64,000 nt of DNA from Octopus bimaculoides (lineage: Eukaryota). Each line of letters starts with the position of its first letter. Position 1 is the stretch's first letter. The position numbers and the translations under genes are program-made. Under the pieces are notes generated by a model. It was given only the letters and a program-made list of their open reading frames with translations, was not told the DNA's origin and ran no database searches. Of this stretch, positions 1 to 13,689 are shown in pieces. Location of the stretch: NCBI RefSeq assembly GCF_001194135.2, contig NC_068983.1, forward strand, positions 100,287,385 through 100,351,384, written 5' to 3'.

Positions 1-375
1 CTATATATATTCCACAAGTGCGACAATTGTTTGTTGCTAATTATTGGCACTTCATATTTAATGTAGAGACTAACCTTTATATCAGAAAATATTTCTACAA
101 GAGATAACATTCATTTGTGGTCTGAATTTTGATTTAGTAACAAGCACAACTCTTGATACAATAGTCAAGTGGTTACAGCTACAAAAGAAATTTTCAGCAA
201 CAATGCATTACTGAATTATCTAAACCTTGCCAACTAAAGGTTAATGTAAAAGCAGCAATAAAAAGAAAATGCCTAGAAGGGAATCTGTCAAAATTAATTT
301 TTAAAGAAAGAAAATGAAGTATGTTTGGTGATTTTTTTTTTTTTGTCTCAGTTTGTTTTATTTCAATTTTGACAG

Positions 376-707
376 AATGATGCTAAACGTAGTCTACAGT
401 ACTGCATGGGACAGCTGCCAAATGCTGACAAAACTACCCTTCCATTGTTCTTAAATGGCTTGAAGATGATTGCAGCATTCTCTCCTCATCTTTTGGGCCA
501 ACACATGCCAGAAATCAATAAACATTGTCAAAACAAACCCTACGTTGCTGACCTTTTGCATCAGTTACGTGAAGACTTAAAGAAGCGAAGTGCAACATGC
601 CCAGAGACAGAAGAGATGCGTAGAAAGTATGTTTCGTTTGAGGGTGAGGAGCTGCGGAAAAAATTTGTTACATTTTCTGAAGGAGACATTCATCTTAGTG
701 GAAGCAC
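376..707 (+). CDS. VEPH1: melted/VEPH1 internal coding exon (first visible; phase 0 to 2)
   Basis: Acceptor ttttgacag at 367-375, open frame NDAKRSLQYCMGQLP...GDIHLSGS(T), donor GTAAGT at 708. Joins in frame to the downstream exons. Confidence 0.88.
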
Positions 708-1064
708 GTAAGTCTATTCATATCAAGTACACTTTAGTGATAAAAATTATTAAAACAGGGCTATAGTTTGAAAATTTTTTTTAATTGCCCGTATCCGCTG
801 GAGAACTTGAATTCAGTGAATGAAATTGTGAAGTACATAGTTTTCCTACTACTTGTAGTATTGAGTTATACTTAAACATAGTACCTATTTACAACTTGAT
901 GAACTCATTCAGTGAGATAATTCTGTACTGTACTACAGATTGTACTTGTAGATTTTTGTCAACTATTTATGTAACTGACAGATGTAGATGCCTTCTCTCT
1001 CTATATAATTATATATTATATAATTTTATAATGAATATTTCCCTAGCATTTGTTGCATTGAGCT

Positions 1065-1290
1065 CATCATCATTTAACATCTGTTTTCCATGCTGGCATG
1101 GATTGAATGGTTTGACAGGAGCTGACCAGCTGAAGGGCTGTTTAGGCTTCATGTCTGTTTTGGCATGGTTTCTATGGCTAGATGCCCTTCCTAACACCAA
1201 CCACTTTACAGAGTGTACTGAGTGCTTTTACTCAGCACTGACATGGATACTTTTTATGTTGCACCAGCACTTACAACTCCACAAGATTAG
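1065..1290 (-). repeat. RTE 3' tail copy
   Basis: catcatcat...ttccatgctggcatgg...ctagatgcccttcctaacaccaaccac. Confidence 0.75.
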
Positions 1291-1471
1291 AGATGCTTAG
1301 CTGGAGAGAGTTGCAAAGGCAATCATGCTTTTACTTAGCTAATTGTTAGAAAAAACATTTCTCTTCTTAAAGCCATAGCAGTAGCAGAAGCAGTAGTGCA
1401 CCAGACCAAAGTCTTTGCTTTTATTAGTTACTGATGTATTAATGGCATTTTGTTGCAATGTCCTACAGAAT

Positions 1472-2092
1472 CATTATCATCATCGTTTAACATCTGTTTT
1501 CCATGCTAGCATGGGTTGAACAGTTTGATTGAGGTCTGGAGAGCCAGCGGCTGCACTAGGCTCCAATCTGAACAGGGAATGTTTCTACAGCTGGATGCCC
1601 TTCCTAATGCCAACCACTCCAAGAGTGTATTGGGTGCCTTTTACGTGCCACTGGCACAGGAGCCAGTCAGGTGGGCCTGGCATCAATCACATTTGGATAG
1701 TGCTTTTTACGTGCCACCGGCATGGGGGCCAGTCAGGGGATACTGTCATTGGCCACATTCAGATGGTGCTTTTTACGTGCCACCGGCATGGAAGCCAGTC
1801 AGTTGGACCTGACATCGACCATGTTTAGATGGTGCTTTTTACACACCACCGGCATGGGAGCCAGTCAGGGGCCACTGGCCACAGCTATGATATTGGTTTT
1901 ACTTGACTCAACAAGTCCTCTCAAGCATATCATATCACCCGACACATCAGGGGTACTCTTAACTGGGCTGGACATGCATGGCTGCGATCTCACTTTAGTT
2001 GCCAGGTCTTCTCAATCACAGTGTATCTCCAAAAGTCTTGGTCTCCTGTCATTGCCTATGTGAGGCCCACTGTTTGAAGGTCATGCTTCATC
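1472..2092 (-). repeat. RTE 3' UTR copy with a 66-bp tandem array (about 4 units, 1635-1885)
   Basis: Unit starts at 1635, 1701, 1767 and 1833 (tgctttttacgtgccaccggcatgg...); ORF-end sequence at 2040-2092. Confidence 0.8.
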
Positions 2093-3129
2093 TATAAATT
2101 TTAGCCAACACTCTGTGTAATAAACTGATGTAAGCATTTTGAATATTCACACACATATATGTTGTATGTATATATGTGTATATACCTATAGATTTTAGCC
2201 AACACTGTAAGTAAGAGAGAGAGCTGTAAACACTTTGTGTATACAATATCTTCAAGGATATTGTTTATTATATTGTGTTTATATACAATACCTTCAAAGA
2301 TATGGTATATAATAAGGTGTTTATATTTTTGTCTTACAAACGATATTGGCTAAAAATTTTTTGTAAATTCTCTAATACAGATAAGCATTGAAATAAACTA
2401 TTAACATACCTCATAAGTTATTATTCAAACAAGTTGTCTAGAATGCATTATATATAGAAAAAATGTTTGTCCAACTTACTCTACTCTTTAGCACTGTAGA
2501 GTTGTAAGGTGTATTCCTGCATAGTTAAAGAGGGTATTTAATAACTGATGAAATCTCAATGCAATGTTGAAGCTAGTCTGGCTAATCCCTATTTTTCTGT
2601 CTGTGATGATATTCTATTATAAAGGCAAGATGGTTACAACTGTCTGTTATAGACAGTATTAACTAAATTCTGTAAATTCTGTTGTATGATGTTGCACTGA
2701 AACAAAAAAAAATGTTAAAAAATCATTATTTGCACTGTGTACAATGAGATTTGCTACAATGATTTACTCAGTTATTCTTAATTTGTTCCGACAGATTCAA
2801 ATGCAAATATGCTAGTTGCTGTTGTGTATTTCCACGGGAGAACAACTTTGCACTTTTATGATGATAGTATGATCATAACACACTCAACTCATTGTTGCAA
2901 GGGATTCTGGGACACTGGTGTTTCAATATGTGTCTCATCAGCCAGAAGTACCCAAGCCTTTTGAGCATAAATGAGCCACTGGCTTTGTTTATACCACACC
3001 AGTAATTTATCAGTGAGATAAGTCCCAGTGAAGGACCTGAACTCAGTACTGTGAGTTAATAAAATACTCACTATTTATAGTGTTCTTGCAGTTTACATCA
3101 CAGACCTATCTAGGTCAGCTGGGATCCTA

Positions 3130-3330
3130 CTCATCATCATCACTATCATCATCAATGTCAGTTTTCCATGCTGGCATGGGTTGCACAGCTTGTCAAGGAC
3201 TGGCTTGAGCAGGGGCTATAGCAGTTTCCATAGTCTGTTTGGCTTGGTTTCTACAGCTGGATGCCCTTCATAATGCCAACCAGAGTGTACTGGGTGCTTT
3301 CTACATGACACCATTACCGATGCTTTTTAC
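3130..3330 (-). repeat. RTE 3' tail copy
   Basis: Same tail consensus, ccatgctggcatgg at 3166. Confidence 0.7.
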
Positions 3331-3872
3331 ATGGCACCTTGGTTTTAAGATCTCAATCCTGTTGTGGTGGATGTGTCTTCTTGAGTACAAAAAGCATAGC
3401 ATTCCCATGCCAGGAATCAAACCTGAGCCACCTGGGTGAGAGCCGGGAATCCTAACCAGTAGCTAATTGAGAAATTTAATATAACTGATAAAAATTGGAA
3501 TTAGTATTCTTTATTAAATTTCCGTTGTAAATTTTTATTGTAAACTTTACAACTGAAACCACTTTGTATTGAAACATATAGGGATATGCTGAATGAAGGT
3601 GTATGTATTCCATGACAACTTTAAAAATGGATATAAGTTGAGGTCAATGATGATATTGTAGATGATGATAATAGCATTATTGTTGTATCTGCTGACGTTA
3701 GTCATGATGTCTTTTCTGATGACAGTAATGGTATGTGTGAATGTTTTGTTTGTGTATTTTGGAGATTTTTTTCATATTGTATATATATATATATTTTTAA
3801 TGTTGATTACACAAGATTCTATCATTTCAAAATGCTATTATTTGTTTTCCCCACTGTTGTCTTGTATTAAAG

Positions 3873-4040
3873 GCCTGAGAAAGAAGTCCGATCTGTGTCC
3901 AGTCAAACTGAAGGGACTGTTACTGTGATTACAGTCGGTAATCCACCCAACTGCACATATCCAAGTGATACACTACCAGTTAAACATAATTTAATAGCTC
4001 CCTACAACTTGAACCAGCTTAGTCTAAGAAAAGCAAGCAG
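3873..4040 (+). CDS. VEPH1: VEPH1 coding exon (168 nt, phase 2 to 2)
   Basis: AG at 3871-3872, encodes PEKEVRSVSSQTEGTVTVITVGNPP...LRKAS(R), donor GT at 4041. The EVRS..QTEGTVTVIT motif is recalled from melted/VEPH1 proteins; phases match both neighbours. Confidence 0.8.
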
Positions 4041-5877
4041 GTACCTGATTCTGTTTAATTCATTACTTGAACAATTCATTATTTTTCTTTTGTTTTCATT
4101 TTAAATTAAAAAGAAAAAAGGTTTTTTAAATGTTGTAAGTTATCACGATGTAGATTTTTGAGTCAAAGTGTCAAATAAAACTTGATATGTTGGTTAAAAC
4201 TGGCCAGACTACATGTTAAATCGCTGTCACAATACTGCTGCTGCTGCTGCTACTACTACTGCTACTACTACTTATTAATAATATTAATATGCTTAGTTTT
4301 GTTTGTTTTTGTCCGTACCTGTGGTGTATGTCACTTCAAAGAAGCGAGTGGCAAAGCAAGAGAGGAGGACAGAGAGGAAGTAAGAAAGAGAGAGAGAGAG
4401 AGTGAAAGAGTCAGTGAATGGTGATGGCGTTCGTTTTGTGTTTTTAAATGTTTCAGAGAGGAAGTAAGAGAGAAAGAGAGTGGTGATGGCATTCGTATTG
4501 TGTTTTTAAATGTTTATCACATCGCAAGAAAAGTAGATACATAGATCCAAATAAAGTTGATACAGAGATACATACACACATTGTTAAATTAAAAGTGGGA
4601 GAGAGGAGGGACACAGAGGAAGTGAAGGAGAAAGTGAGAGACAGTAAATACATAGATCGAAAGAAAAGTTGTAGATGCACAGCAAATGTTGGATGTCACT
4701 TTCACTTTTCATTACCACACGAGGATAAAATTAACTTGCAAGTGGCTGAGTACTCCACAGACATGCATATCATTAATGTAGTTCTCAAGGAGATTCAGCC
4801 TCACACAGAATATGACAAGGCTGGCCCATTTGAATTACAGCTACAACTTATTTTGGCCCAGCTGAGTGAACTGGAGCAAGATAAACCTTCAAGTGGTTGG
4901 AAGAAAACGAAAAAAGATCCTATGGGTATTAATCTGGTCCTAACAGTGGTATTTGTGGGTCTCACAGATGTGGTGACCAAGCCCCCAGATAAACACTGAT
5001 GCACAAGCTGTTGTTATCAAACTGAGCGTAAATCGAGGGTGAATACATGACGGAATAGCAATTATTTCGTCTTAGCTTTCACTTCTTGCATGTCATCTTT
5101 GCGTTGTGATATGGAACATTTCCTTTTCTTTCACTTAAAAAATGGCACTCCATTGGTTATGACAACAAGGTTCCTGTTTTTCTAATCAACAAACAGTTTG
5201 CTCGTAAAATTAACGCACAAGTGGCTGAATACTCCACAGACATGCATACCATAAGGTAGTTCTCAGGGAGATTCAGCCTCACACAGAATGTTACAAGGCT
5301 GGCCCCTTTGAATTACAGCTATAACTCATTTTTGCCTGCTGAGTTGACTGCAGCAAGGTGAAGTAGAGTACCTTCCTCAAAAACAGTGCACCGCAGTAAA
5401 TCATACTTGTGACTCTTTGATCGTGGGCTGAATACCCCTAGCCACTGAGCCAATCACCTTCACTCTCTTAACCATAGAGTAAAGGAGTGAAGCAATAGGG
5501 AGAGAGAAAGGAAAGCCTCAGTCATTTACAATGACAATTAAAATGAAACATGATTGATCTTTTCTAGCTTCTTTACTTTTAACAATGAAGAAGTAGGAAA
5601 GACATTTTGTAATGAATAGAGGGAAAGTCTTTCAGGTGTTTATGTTTTTATTCTGGGAGTTCTAGAACAATTGACTGTTAGTTATCTCTTCTTTCCCCCA
5701 CCCGTGGTACTTATTTGCCTTCTTTCATAGTTCTTCATGTCTTTTAGTTGGAGGGGAAAGACCATGTTCTTTTTCAGGCACGTTTAGCATTTTCTCTATA
5801 AACTACAAACAAGCCCCCACTTTCTTCCTCTTTTTTTTTTTCATAGAAAAACTAATACAAATTTCGAAAGAAGCCCG

Positions 5878-5913
<36 letters not shown>

Positions 5914-6359
5914 TTTATGTGTGTGTGTTTGTGTCTGTATTTTTTTCCCCACCATCATTGTTTGACAACTGATGTTGGTGCGTTTGCATCTCCGTAACTT
6001 AGCTGTTCGGCAGAAGAGACTGATTGAATAAGCACTAGGCTTACTGGGAATAAGTCCAGGGTCGATTTCTTCAAATAATTGAAACAAGTAAAAGAATAAA
6101 AGAATACCAGAAGAACGTTCTGTATCACTAAACTAAGAAAGTTCTTTGAATATGTGCGATATATTTTAAGGTTAAATAATAATTCTGTTTATGTTTGCAT
6201 AAGTGAGATATTTTGGTTGGATTATATAATTATCGGTTTTGCACTTCTTTCTATATTCTGTAACTGTCGCAATATAGAAACATTTCTCATGGCACCAGCG
6301 CACAATTTACAGATGCTTACATTTTTTATGTATTCCGTGAATTTTTCATGGGTCCAGCT

Positions 6360-6495
6360 AGTACTACCACTATTACTACTACCACCACCATCACCACCAC
6401 CACCACCACCACCACCACTACATCTACTACTAACTGCCACCGCTGTTGCTACTACTACTACTACCACTACCACCATCACCACCACCACACCACCT
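6360..6495. repeat. (CAC/TAC)n trinucleotide microsatellite
   Basis: Direct inspection. Confidence 0.9.
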
Positions 6496-6794
6496 CTATC
6501 ATTGTTGCTTTCATAGCACTTTTCCAACCATTTCCTTCTGAACATCAAAATCTGGTTACCCTGACCATGTTCTCTTATCTGCTTTAATATTGTGCAACGT
6601 AGTATTGATGTTTTGTGGTCCTTAACATTTCTTTGGATATCTTCGAGAGTCAGTACTTATTCACTTGGAATCTAAGCATCTTTGCTAACCACTTTAGGTG
6701 AGTCATATGACGAAACCACTGTAGATTAGATTTCTCCAACTGATAACATCATTGACAAGTAACGTACCAAAGTGGTTTCTTCAGGTACATGTTT

Positions 6795-7325
6795 TATGGC
6801 CAATGCTGATGACATGTGAAAGGCACATGTACTGGTGACATGTGAAAAGCATATGTTCTGGTGACACATGAAAGGCACCTGTACCAGAGACATGCAACAG
6901 GCACCCGTGCCAGTGATACATTAAAGGCACCTGTGCTGGTGACATGTGAAAGGTACCCATGCCAGTGACATGTGAAAGGTACCCATACTAGTAACAAGTG
7001 AGAGGCACCTGTGCTGGTGACAAACAAAAGGCACCCATACTGGTGACGCATGAAAGGCACCCATGCTGGTGACAATTGAAAGGCATCTGAGCCAGTGATG
7101 CATGAAAGGTACCTGTGTCAGTGATACACGAAAGGTAGCCATGCCAGTGACATGTGAAAGACATCCAGTACACTCTATGGAGTGACAGATGTTAGAAAGG
7201 GTATCCTACTGTAGAAACCAAGCCAAAACAGACTGAACCCTGGTGCAACTCTCTGGCTTATCAGTTTCAGTGAAATCATCTAATCCATGCCAGCATGGAA
7301 AGCAGTTGCTAATTGATGATGATGA
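6795..7325 (+). repeat. RTE 3' UTR copy with about 14 copies of a 26-bp unit
   Basis: Unit ccatgccagtgacatgtgaaaggtac (for example 6957, 6983); tail CCATGCCAGCATGG at 7285, then (GAT)n. Confidence 0.8.
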
Positions 7326-7554
7326 TGCTAATGATAATAATAAGATGGTCATCCAATCATGATGCTGCTACTTTAAATGAGATTGTTTTAGTACAAGTAT
7401 AACATTAATTTTCCAGAACCTTTTGTTCCAAAACCTTTCTTGTTTACTGATTTTGTTTTCCAAGCCAGGGTTGGTCACCTTGGCCAACACACTCTATATT
7501 AAACAAACATTAAATTTATTTAAGTAATTAAATGAAATATAGGTACCTGTATGT

Positions 7555-7915
7555 GGAGGCGCAATGGCCCAGTGATTAGGGCAGCAGACTCGCGGTCATA
7601 GGATCGCGGTTTTCGATTCCCAGATCAGGCATTGTGTGTGTTTATTGAGCGAAAACACCTAAAGCTCCACGAGGCTCTGGCAGGGGATGGTGGCGAACCA
7701 TGCTGTACTCTTCCACCACAACTTTCTCTCACTCTTTCTTCCTGTTTCTGTTGTACCTGTACTTCAAAGGGTCAGCGTTGTCACACTGTAAACTACATTA
7801 AGGGTACACGTGTCAGTGGAGTGCTCAGCCACTTGCACACTAATTTCATGAGCAGGCTGTTCCGTTGATCGGACCAACTGGAAGCCTCGACGTCGTAAGC
7901 GACGGAGTGCCAACA
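7555..7915 (+). mobile_element. tRNA-derived SINE (family A)
   Basis: A box TGGCCCAGTGAT 7565-7576, B box GGTTTTCGATTCCC 7608-7621. Related minus copies or fragments at about 4730-4880, 5140-5460 and 12235-12560. Confidence 0.8.
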
Positions 7916-8224
7916 GGTACCTGTACATTAATATAAATGATACAGGTTTATTAATACTGTACTGTGCAAGGTGCCAATAAACTAGTCTATCAATTGCAGG
8001 AATTTGGAGTTCCAACTCACAAATTAGTGTACATTATAAGAGGTTCTGGACTATCAGTATCCAGAACGTTGGTGTTGTACCTATATTTGATATTTTGAAA
8101 CCAGATTTCACTGACATTGAACAGCATACTATGAACTCATTGTAGATATGCCCTTCAGCATGCAAGAATATACACTAGTTATGCAGAATGAGCAGTAATG
8201 AAATATTTTCTCCAGCAAACTGAT

Positions 8225-8470
8225 TTTACGTGTCACCTGCACAGGAGCCAGTCCATCGGCACTGGCAACGATCTCGCTTGAATGTCTTACTGGCAACGGC
8301 CATGCTCGAAATGGTGTATTTTACTAGTCACCTGCACAGGAGCCAGTCCATCGGCACTGGCAACGATCTCGCTCGAATGTCTTTTCACATGCCACTGGTA
8401 CAAGTACCAGGAAGGCGACGTTGGTAATGATCACGCTGGTGCAATTTACGTGCCACCAGCACAGATGCCA
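8225..8470 (-). repeat. RTE 3' UTR internal-array fragment
   Basis: Near-identical to 36080-36200 (cacctgcacaggagccagtcc...ggcactggcaac.atctcgct). Confidence 0.7.
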
Positions 8471-9470
8471 GTATTTTACTAAACTAATTACAATTATTTA
8501 AATTTCAGTTAGGTAAAAATAAAAATAAAAATGCAAACCTGTAAGAGTATCATTTTGTATTTAACAACTAATATTTTTCATTCAAAATAAGTTCTGATTT
8601 TATCTTGTACTACCCACCAAAAGTTTGATTATAGACAATAAACATAATGCCAGATTTCTAAGTACCATTTGACTGGGCAAAGCATTCCAAGAAATTATCC
8701 TCATTTGTTCCCAAGATTCTATTAAATTAAATGATTTCTAACTTAACCTACCAATTAAGTTTCTTAAATCAATTGTCCAAGTCTTGACAAAAGAAAAACA
8801 GTGACAGGTTCAATTCTCTTAACCTTTTAGCATTTAAACTAGCAATATCTGGCCCAAATATTCTCATGTTTTATATTAAAAATGGTCAGATCTGACTTCT
8901 TACATCTATCCTACAATGTCATTCTAAAAATACACTATCTCAACATTGATGCTACAAAATAATGCATATTTAATTCAAAACAATGTAAATAAGCATTACA
9001 TTTGACAGAGTAATCTAGATACTAAAGGGTTAATATGTCAATTGTTGTTAATTGCTGGTAAAGACCATATTTTGTTTTGCAACCATAATACACTACCAAA
9101 TATATTAAAGATTTATAAGTCAATGCTGTGTTCTACTTTTGTGTTATCAGTACATTGTTTTCATTAATATGAACAGACCAGTTGCCAGGAATGTGTTTAA
9201 TATGTAAATTGGTTTATCCAATAGTGTTACATTACTAAACTTAGTGGCTGTTTAAGCAATGTATTTGTGGATAATTAATGGGTTGGATGTGGTACTGAAG
9301 AAGGAGCAATAACTCCTGAAATATGCATATACACCCATTACCTATTTTTCTGTTTTTGATTACATTGTTTATATAGATGTATATGAAGCATCATAACTTT
9401 CAGTGCTGGCTCTACATTTTATAGAAAATCTTTAGAGATAAACTTGATGTCATTTGTTGTGTATTTTCAG

Positions 9471-9609
9471 AAGTTCATTAAATACTGACCCAATATTTGA
9501 TAGACCAACTAGCCCAAGTTTTGAAACCATGGTATCAGACATTCCTCTTAGTAACAGTCTGACGTCAACTGCCACAAATCCATCCTGTCCATCTCCTGTT
9601 TCTTCTATG
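9471..9609 (+). CDS. VEPH1: VEPH1 coding exon, Ser/Thr/Pro-rich linker (phase 2 to 0)
   Basis: Acceptor gtattttcag ends 9470; SSLNTDPIFDRPTSPSFETMVSD...SPVSSM; donor GTGAGT at 9610; phase-consistent. Confidence 0.75.
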
Positions 9610-12234
9610 GTGAGTGACATGAATGCTGTCTATATTTTGTTTTTCACCCCCCTCCTACCACCACAAGTGAGTTTAAAATGTAATTTGGTGAGGGTGCATG
9701 GCCTCATAGTGTTGCACTCTCAATTGCCAGACTGGTGTGCATTGTGTTCTTGAGTAAATTACTTTCACATTGTCTCATTCCACTCAGCTGTAAATGGGTT
9801 ATCCCTGCAATGGATTGGTGTTTCATTCAGGGGTAATGTTAGCCTGCCCACCTAGCCAGTGTGCTAGCATCATTTGAAAATTACAACAATGTGAGGAAGT
9901 GCATTGTGATCAGTGGTGTATAACAGCATCTGATAGTACTAAAAAGTGTGTTTATTTGGGAAGTCTGTTGTGTAGCATTATTCTGTAGTAATGTCCTTAT
10001 ATAAATATAAATGAATAATTATATTCTTGGGAATAGAAATTTCCCTTATGAATTGTTTTACACACTGGCTTCCTGATAAAATTCTTGTAAAAGATTTTTA
10101 TCCTTTTTGAATTTATTAATCAAATATCTCCTTTTTTATAGGTATGAGGTTTTATGTGTGTAGGTGGTAAAGTTTATGAAGGTGTAAATGATTAATTAAT
10201 AATTTCACTGATTAGTGTAGTAAGCAGTACACCTTTAGAGGCTCTATGTTTACTGCTTATTTTCCCCTAACTTTTTTTGTGCATATGTGTGTGTGTGTGT
10301 GTGTATAAACATTCATTCATACATACATACATAACTTAAGACTTCTCTTCTGTAGCTGGCTCTCCTCACCACTTTATGCACATAACTGCCAGGTACAGAA
10401 TTCTTTTTCTGTACATAAGCCTGTCAAGTCTCGGTGTTTTAGTGATCACCTTTAACTAATCTGCTTCAAAACTTTGAAGCCATTTCCTCTTTACAAGTAT
10501 TTACATTGAGATTTGAAAACAATCCACAATGAAAATAAGCCAAGAAATTAGACACCTCTCACTGTATTAAATTAACAGTTGCCTACAACCCTCAACTACC
10601 AATTAGCAGCCTACAGCTCTTACATCCAATGTCTCTAACCCTGTCAAGCCTCTAACCCTGCCTAATAGAAACGGTTATTATTAATAGTAGCCTTTTTCAC
10701 TACCTCAGATTACTTTTTGTTGTCAATGATCTAGATCTTTTGGGGATCTCTTGCATTTAGCAAGCAAAGGGAGACCAAAATGACAATCTTTTAAGGATAG
10801 GCAGTAATTTTATATAGTTACTCAACCTGCAAGAGTTGGTAGCCACCTCTCTCTCAGATCAAACCCCACTACTTTCTTCAAAAAAAAAAAAGAAGGAAAA
10901 GCACATGCAATAATATAATCCTTGACAACATGCCTGAGATAAAAAGGATAAAAAAATGGATAGTAATGGAATACCTTTGATCATAAGTAGATGCATATTG
11001 CTAAAAACAGATAAGTACAGCTGGAATATTTTTAACCGTAGGTTTAGTCAATCAGAGATGATCTGCGGGCCAAATAGCATCATTTTGTTTTGTTGATGTT
11101 GTTTAGACCCAGTTGAACTTTGATGAGACAGACCTATAATCACAGTTGTTCAAGTTGTCACTACCTCCTCTCTTTCTCTCCCCTCTCTCTCTTAGTGTCT
11201 CTACACATGACTATATTATTAATGCATCCTTCCTATCTAAAGACAGTAGGATACAATACGAGGGAGATTTACCTGATATTTTGAGTTGCCAAGTAATTGT
11301 TTAGATCAGGCATCGACAACCTTTTTCAAGAAGTGGGCTACATGAGACATGGGTCATCATCAAACAGGCTGAACTACTAGAAAAAATTGAGATAATTTCC
11401 CATTAAGCATGCCATTCAGAAAGTCCTGTGGGTTGCAGTTTGGCTATGACTGCTTTAGAGGCTCCTTGACAGTTTGTCATTATCTTGTCTTTGGAAACTT
11501 TAGTGTCAGCAAAATCATTGACTATGACTTGGGAAAAACTTTAGTGTACAAAAAAGAGAAAGACTACTGTTAGGTCTGTAATGTGTGTGGAAGATGTCAA
11601 TTGTATAAAGAACTACCAAGCACTAAAGATAAATCTTGAGGAAGAGAGATTGAAGAAAATAGGGGAAGAAGTGTAATTGACCTACATGTTTGACTGTTAT
11701 AATATCTCATAAATATAACTTGTCCACCAGCTGCATTTAGTTGTTGTTACATGAATTTGGTATTTGCATATCTGATTAAAACAATATGTCTTGGACATAA
11801 GATAAATACTATCTTAATTTATGTTTTTACTGCATACATACATTCATGCAGGCATGGTTGAATTTAGAGGAAGCCTCAGAACCTTATAACATGGCATATA
11901 TTTGAACTTAATCCTGATGTTTCTATTGATTCTGTGGTTTATCTAAAAGTTTGGTTACATCTTCCAGACTTTTCTTTCTGTCTCTTAATGGTTTATTTTC
12001 TGCTATGTTTTACAACAAACATTTTATTCCTCTTTAACAACCTGTATACAGTTATCATCTATATGCAAACTTGACATTTCACCTCTGATCTTGAACAGTA
12101 TTTCCCAGAGTTCTTCAGAAGACACATAAAAATTATTCAGGTGTTGTTCAATGCCAAAACATCCTCCATTTATGTATTTTTATTTCACATGCAACCAACT
12201 GTGTATCAATGTATGCACAGTCACACATACCTAC

Positions 12235-12560
12235 AGGCTGGCACTCTGTTGGTTATGATGACGAGTGTTCCAGCTGATCAAATCAACAGAACAACCTGCT
12301 CGTGAGATTAATGTGCAAGTGGCTGTGCACTCCACAGACACGTGTACTCTAAACATAGTTATCAGGGAGATTCAGCGTATCACAGAATGTGGGAAGACTG
12401 ACCCTTTGAAATACAGGTACGACTCACTTTTGCCAGCTGAGTGAATTGGATCAACAGGAAATAAAGTGTCTTGCTCAAGAGCATAACACACCCGCAGGTA
12501 TCAAACTCATGACATTATGACCGTGAGCCAAATACCCTAACCATTAAGCTATTTCCCTCA
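12235..12560 (-). mobile_element. tRNA-derived SINE sharing the family A central domain
   Basis: gtgcaagtggctg.gcactccacagacacgtgtac core shared with the 7555 copy. Confidence 0.7.
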
Positions 12561-12635
12561 CTACCTACATACAAACCCAAGTATACATCACTTCCTGTGT
12601 TTGTTTTAACTTTTTGTAATTTTTTAATTTCTCAG

Positions 12636-12753
12636 AAGGAACTGTATCGTGATGTTGTCCAACAGTTTTGTGAAAAGCATCTTGGAAAGATCCGTGTTTT
12701 TATCAATAATGTGACTGCTCGTTTGCCATCACCTGTAAAATGTAGTGTTGTTA
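12636..12753 (+). CDS. VEPH1: VEPH1 coding exon (phase 0 to 1)
   Basis: Acceptor tttctcag ends 12635; KELYRDVVQQFCEKHLGKIRVFINNVTARLPSPVKCSVV; donor GTAAGT at 12754. Confidence 0.92.
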
Positions 12754-12988
12754 GTAAGTACTTTTTTTTTTTAAAACCACATTTTTTGAATTGTAACTAT
12801 TATCTGACACAATATTCTTCAGCATTGTGTTATAATGTGGGATTAGATAAAGCTGTTGTTTTAATGTGATTAGTTGATTTATTAAGTGAAAATTATATAA
12901 ACCTTCCTCTCGTTTTTTTCATCTATATTTTGCCATCCTAATATCTGATCTATTAATTTCATGCTATGTTTATACTTTATTTATCTAG

Positions 12989-13131
12989 ATGGTCGCCATA
13001 AACGTTACGTTAAGCTAAACTTTGTATGTTCCAGTCATCGAGGAGATGAGTGTCTTTATAGTAATAATTGTTTTGTGTTAATTACACACATACCCAAAAC
13101 CTGGATTCATCTCATGTTTCTAGCTTTACAG
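12989..13131 (+). CDS. VEPH1: VEPH1 coding exon (phase 1 to 0)
   Basis: Acceptor ttatctag ends 12988; GRHKRYVKLNFVC...CLYS...PKTWIHLMFLALQ (WIHLMFLALQ is a recalled melted/VEPH1 motif); donor GTTAGT at 13132. Confidence 0.95.
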
Positions 13132-13689
13132 GTTAGTGACTTTTACATAGTTTTTTTAATTAGATATTTTATTGTTATGTAGAAGTATGTTAATCTAATT
13201 AAATAATTTTCTTTGAAAAAATTGTTGAAATGCAAAGAAAAGAAACACTTTAAAAATTTAACAAAGCCCTTATATGTTTTCATCAGCTTTGTTATTAAAC
13301 AATTTACCAGTAATTAATATAACCATTAACTACTGGTAAATCATCATCATTTGACATCTGCTTTCCATGTTTGCCTGGGCTACATGGTTTCACAGGGGCT
13401 GACAAACTAGCAGACTGCATCAAGCTCTGCAGCCTGCTTTAGTATGGTTTCTGCAGCAAGCACTTTACAAAGTGTACAACACATCTCAAGACAAATTTTG
13501 AAAATTACTTTTTATAATGTAAATTGATGATGCCATACTAGGTCAAATGATTCTGTAAGCTGTTGGTAGGAGTCATCTATGGTAGAGCTAGCTTATAAAA
13601 ACAAAGGGATAGATTTATTAGATTACATCTGAGAATGAGGTACATCATAAAAGAATAACAAAGGATCATGGTGCAGTGGCATCATACAA

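Noticed and set aside
6154-6587. ORFs rich in Pro/Thr/His/Gly, and similar ones at 59289-59634, 33973-34191 and 4182-4424
   Set aside because: Translations of microsatellites.
7555-7630. tRNA-like sequences with A/B boxes (also at 27338 and family B/C heads)
   Set aside because: No complete cloverleaf or acceptor stem, and they continue into multi-copy SINE bodies.
10356-10392. Possible extra VEPH1 micro-exon (tgtag...ccag/gtacag)
   Set aside because: In-frame TAA in the required phase 0, and exons 9609 and 12636 already join in frame.
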